From Octopus vulgaris (taxonomy: Eukaryota), in NCBI GenBank assembly GCA_951406725.2, contig OX597833.1, positions 6,262,001 to 6,326,000 on the forward strand: a stretch of DNA of 64,000 bases, in the 5' to 3' direction. The position numbers and the translations under genes are program-made. Below the pieces are notes generated by a model. It was not told the origin of the DNA. It searched no databases and was given only the letters and a program-made list of their open reading frames with translations. Positions 63,830 to 64,000 of the stretch are shown here, in pieces (positions within the stretch are counted from its first letter, which is position 1; each line of letters begins with the position of its first letter).

Positions 63830-64000
63830 GTAAGTATATGCCTTTATTGTTGCTGCTGTTGTTGTTGTTGGATGCTTGACTGGTGTTTTTAGTAGTGTTA
63901 GTCATGGTTGTACTCCTGTTCTTGTTAATGGTGGTGGTGGTGTAGTGAAAGAATTTCAGGGTAGGATCAGTTTTCTTAGTTGTAAGTAAGGTACCACAAA

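Overview
Eukaryotic, AT-rich, repeat-saturated genomic DNA. The dense (TA)n/(CA)n/(TAA)n/(GAT)n microsatellites and the SINE repertoire suggest a coleoid cephalopod, probably Octopus (inference). The only well-supported host gene is a + strand ABCG1/ABCG4-like (White-family) half-transporter. Six spliced exons (53533-63829) give one continuous frame with Walker A, Q-loop, LSGGQ signature, Walker B/D-loop and H-loop. Its 5' exon(s) were not recognised and its transmembrane exons lie beyond the window. Almost all ORFs in the supplied track are microsatellite or SINE artefacts. The rest is mobile DNA: at least three SINE-like families plus a fourth dispersed repeat, RTE, CR1 and CR1/Jockey-group LINE remnants, Tc1/mariner remnants and MITEs, TTAA (piggyBac-type) MITEs and a non-autonomous Helitron. 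The most unusual observations are: (i) a TSD-flanked composite element joining a tRNA-like pol III head to an inverted pair of minimal hammerhead-ribozyme motifs of the Penelope type (2537-2906); (ii) several further hammerhead-like motifs from other families, two of them sense-strand just upstream of ABCG exons; (iii) SINE multimers with an invariant junction, one inside a 33-bp TSD; and (iv) a 290-bp inverted duplication bracketing the Walker A exon. All calls come from reading the sequence by eye; no searches or folding programs were run, and repeat boundaries are approximate.
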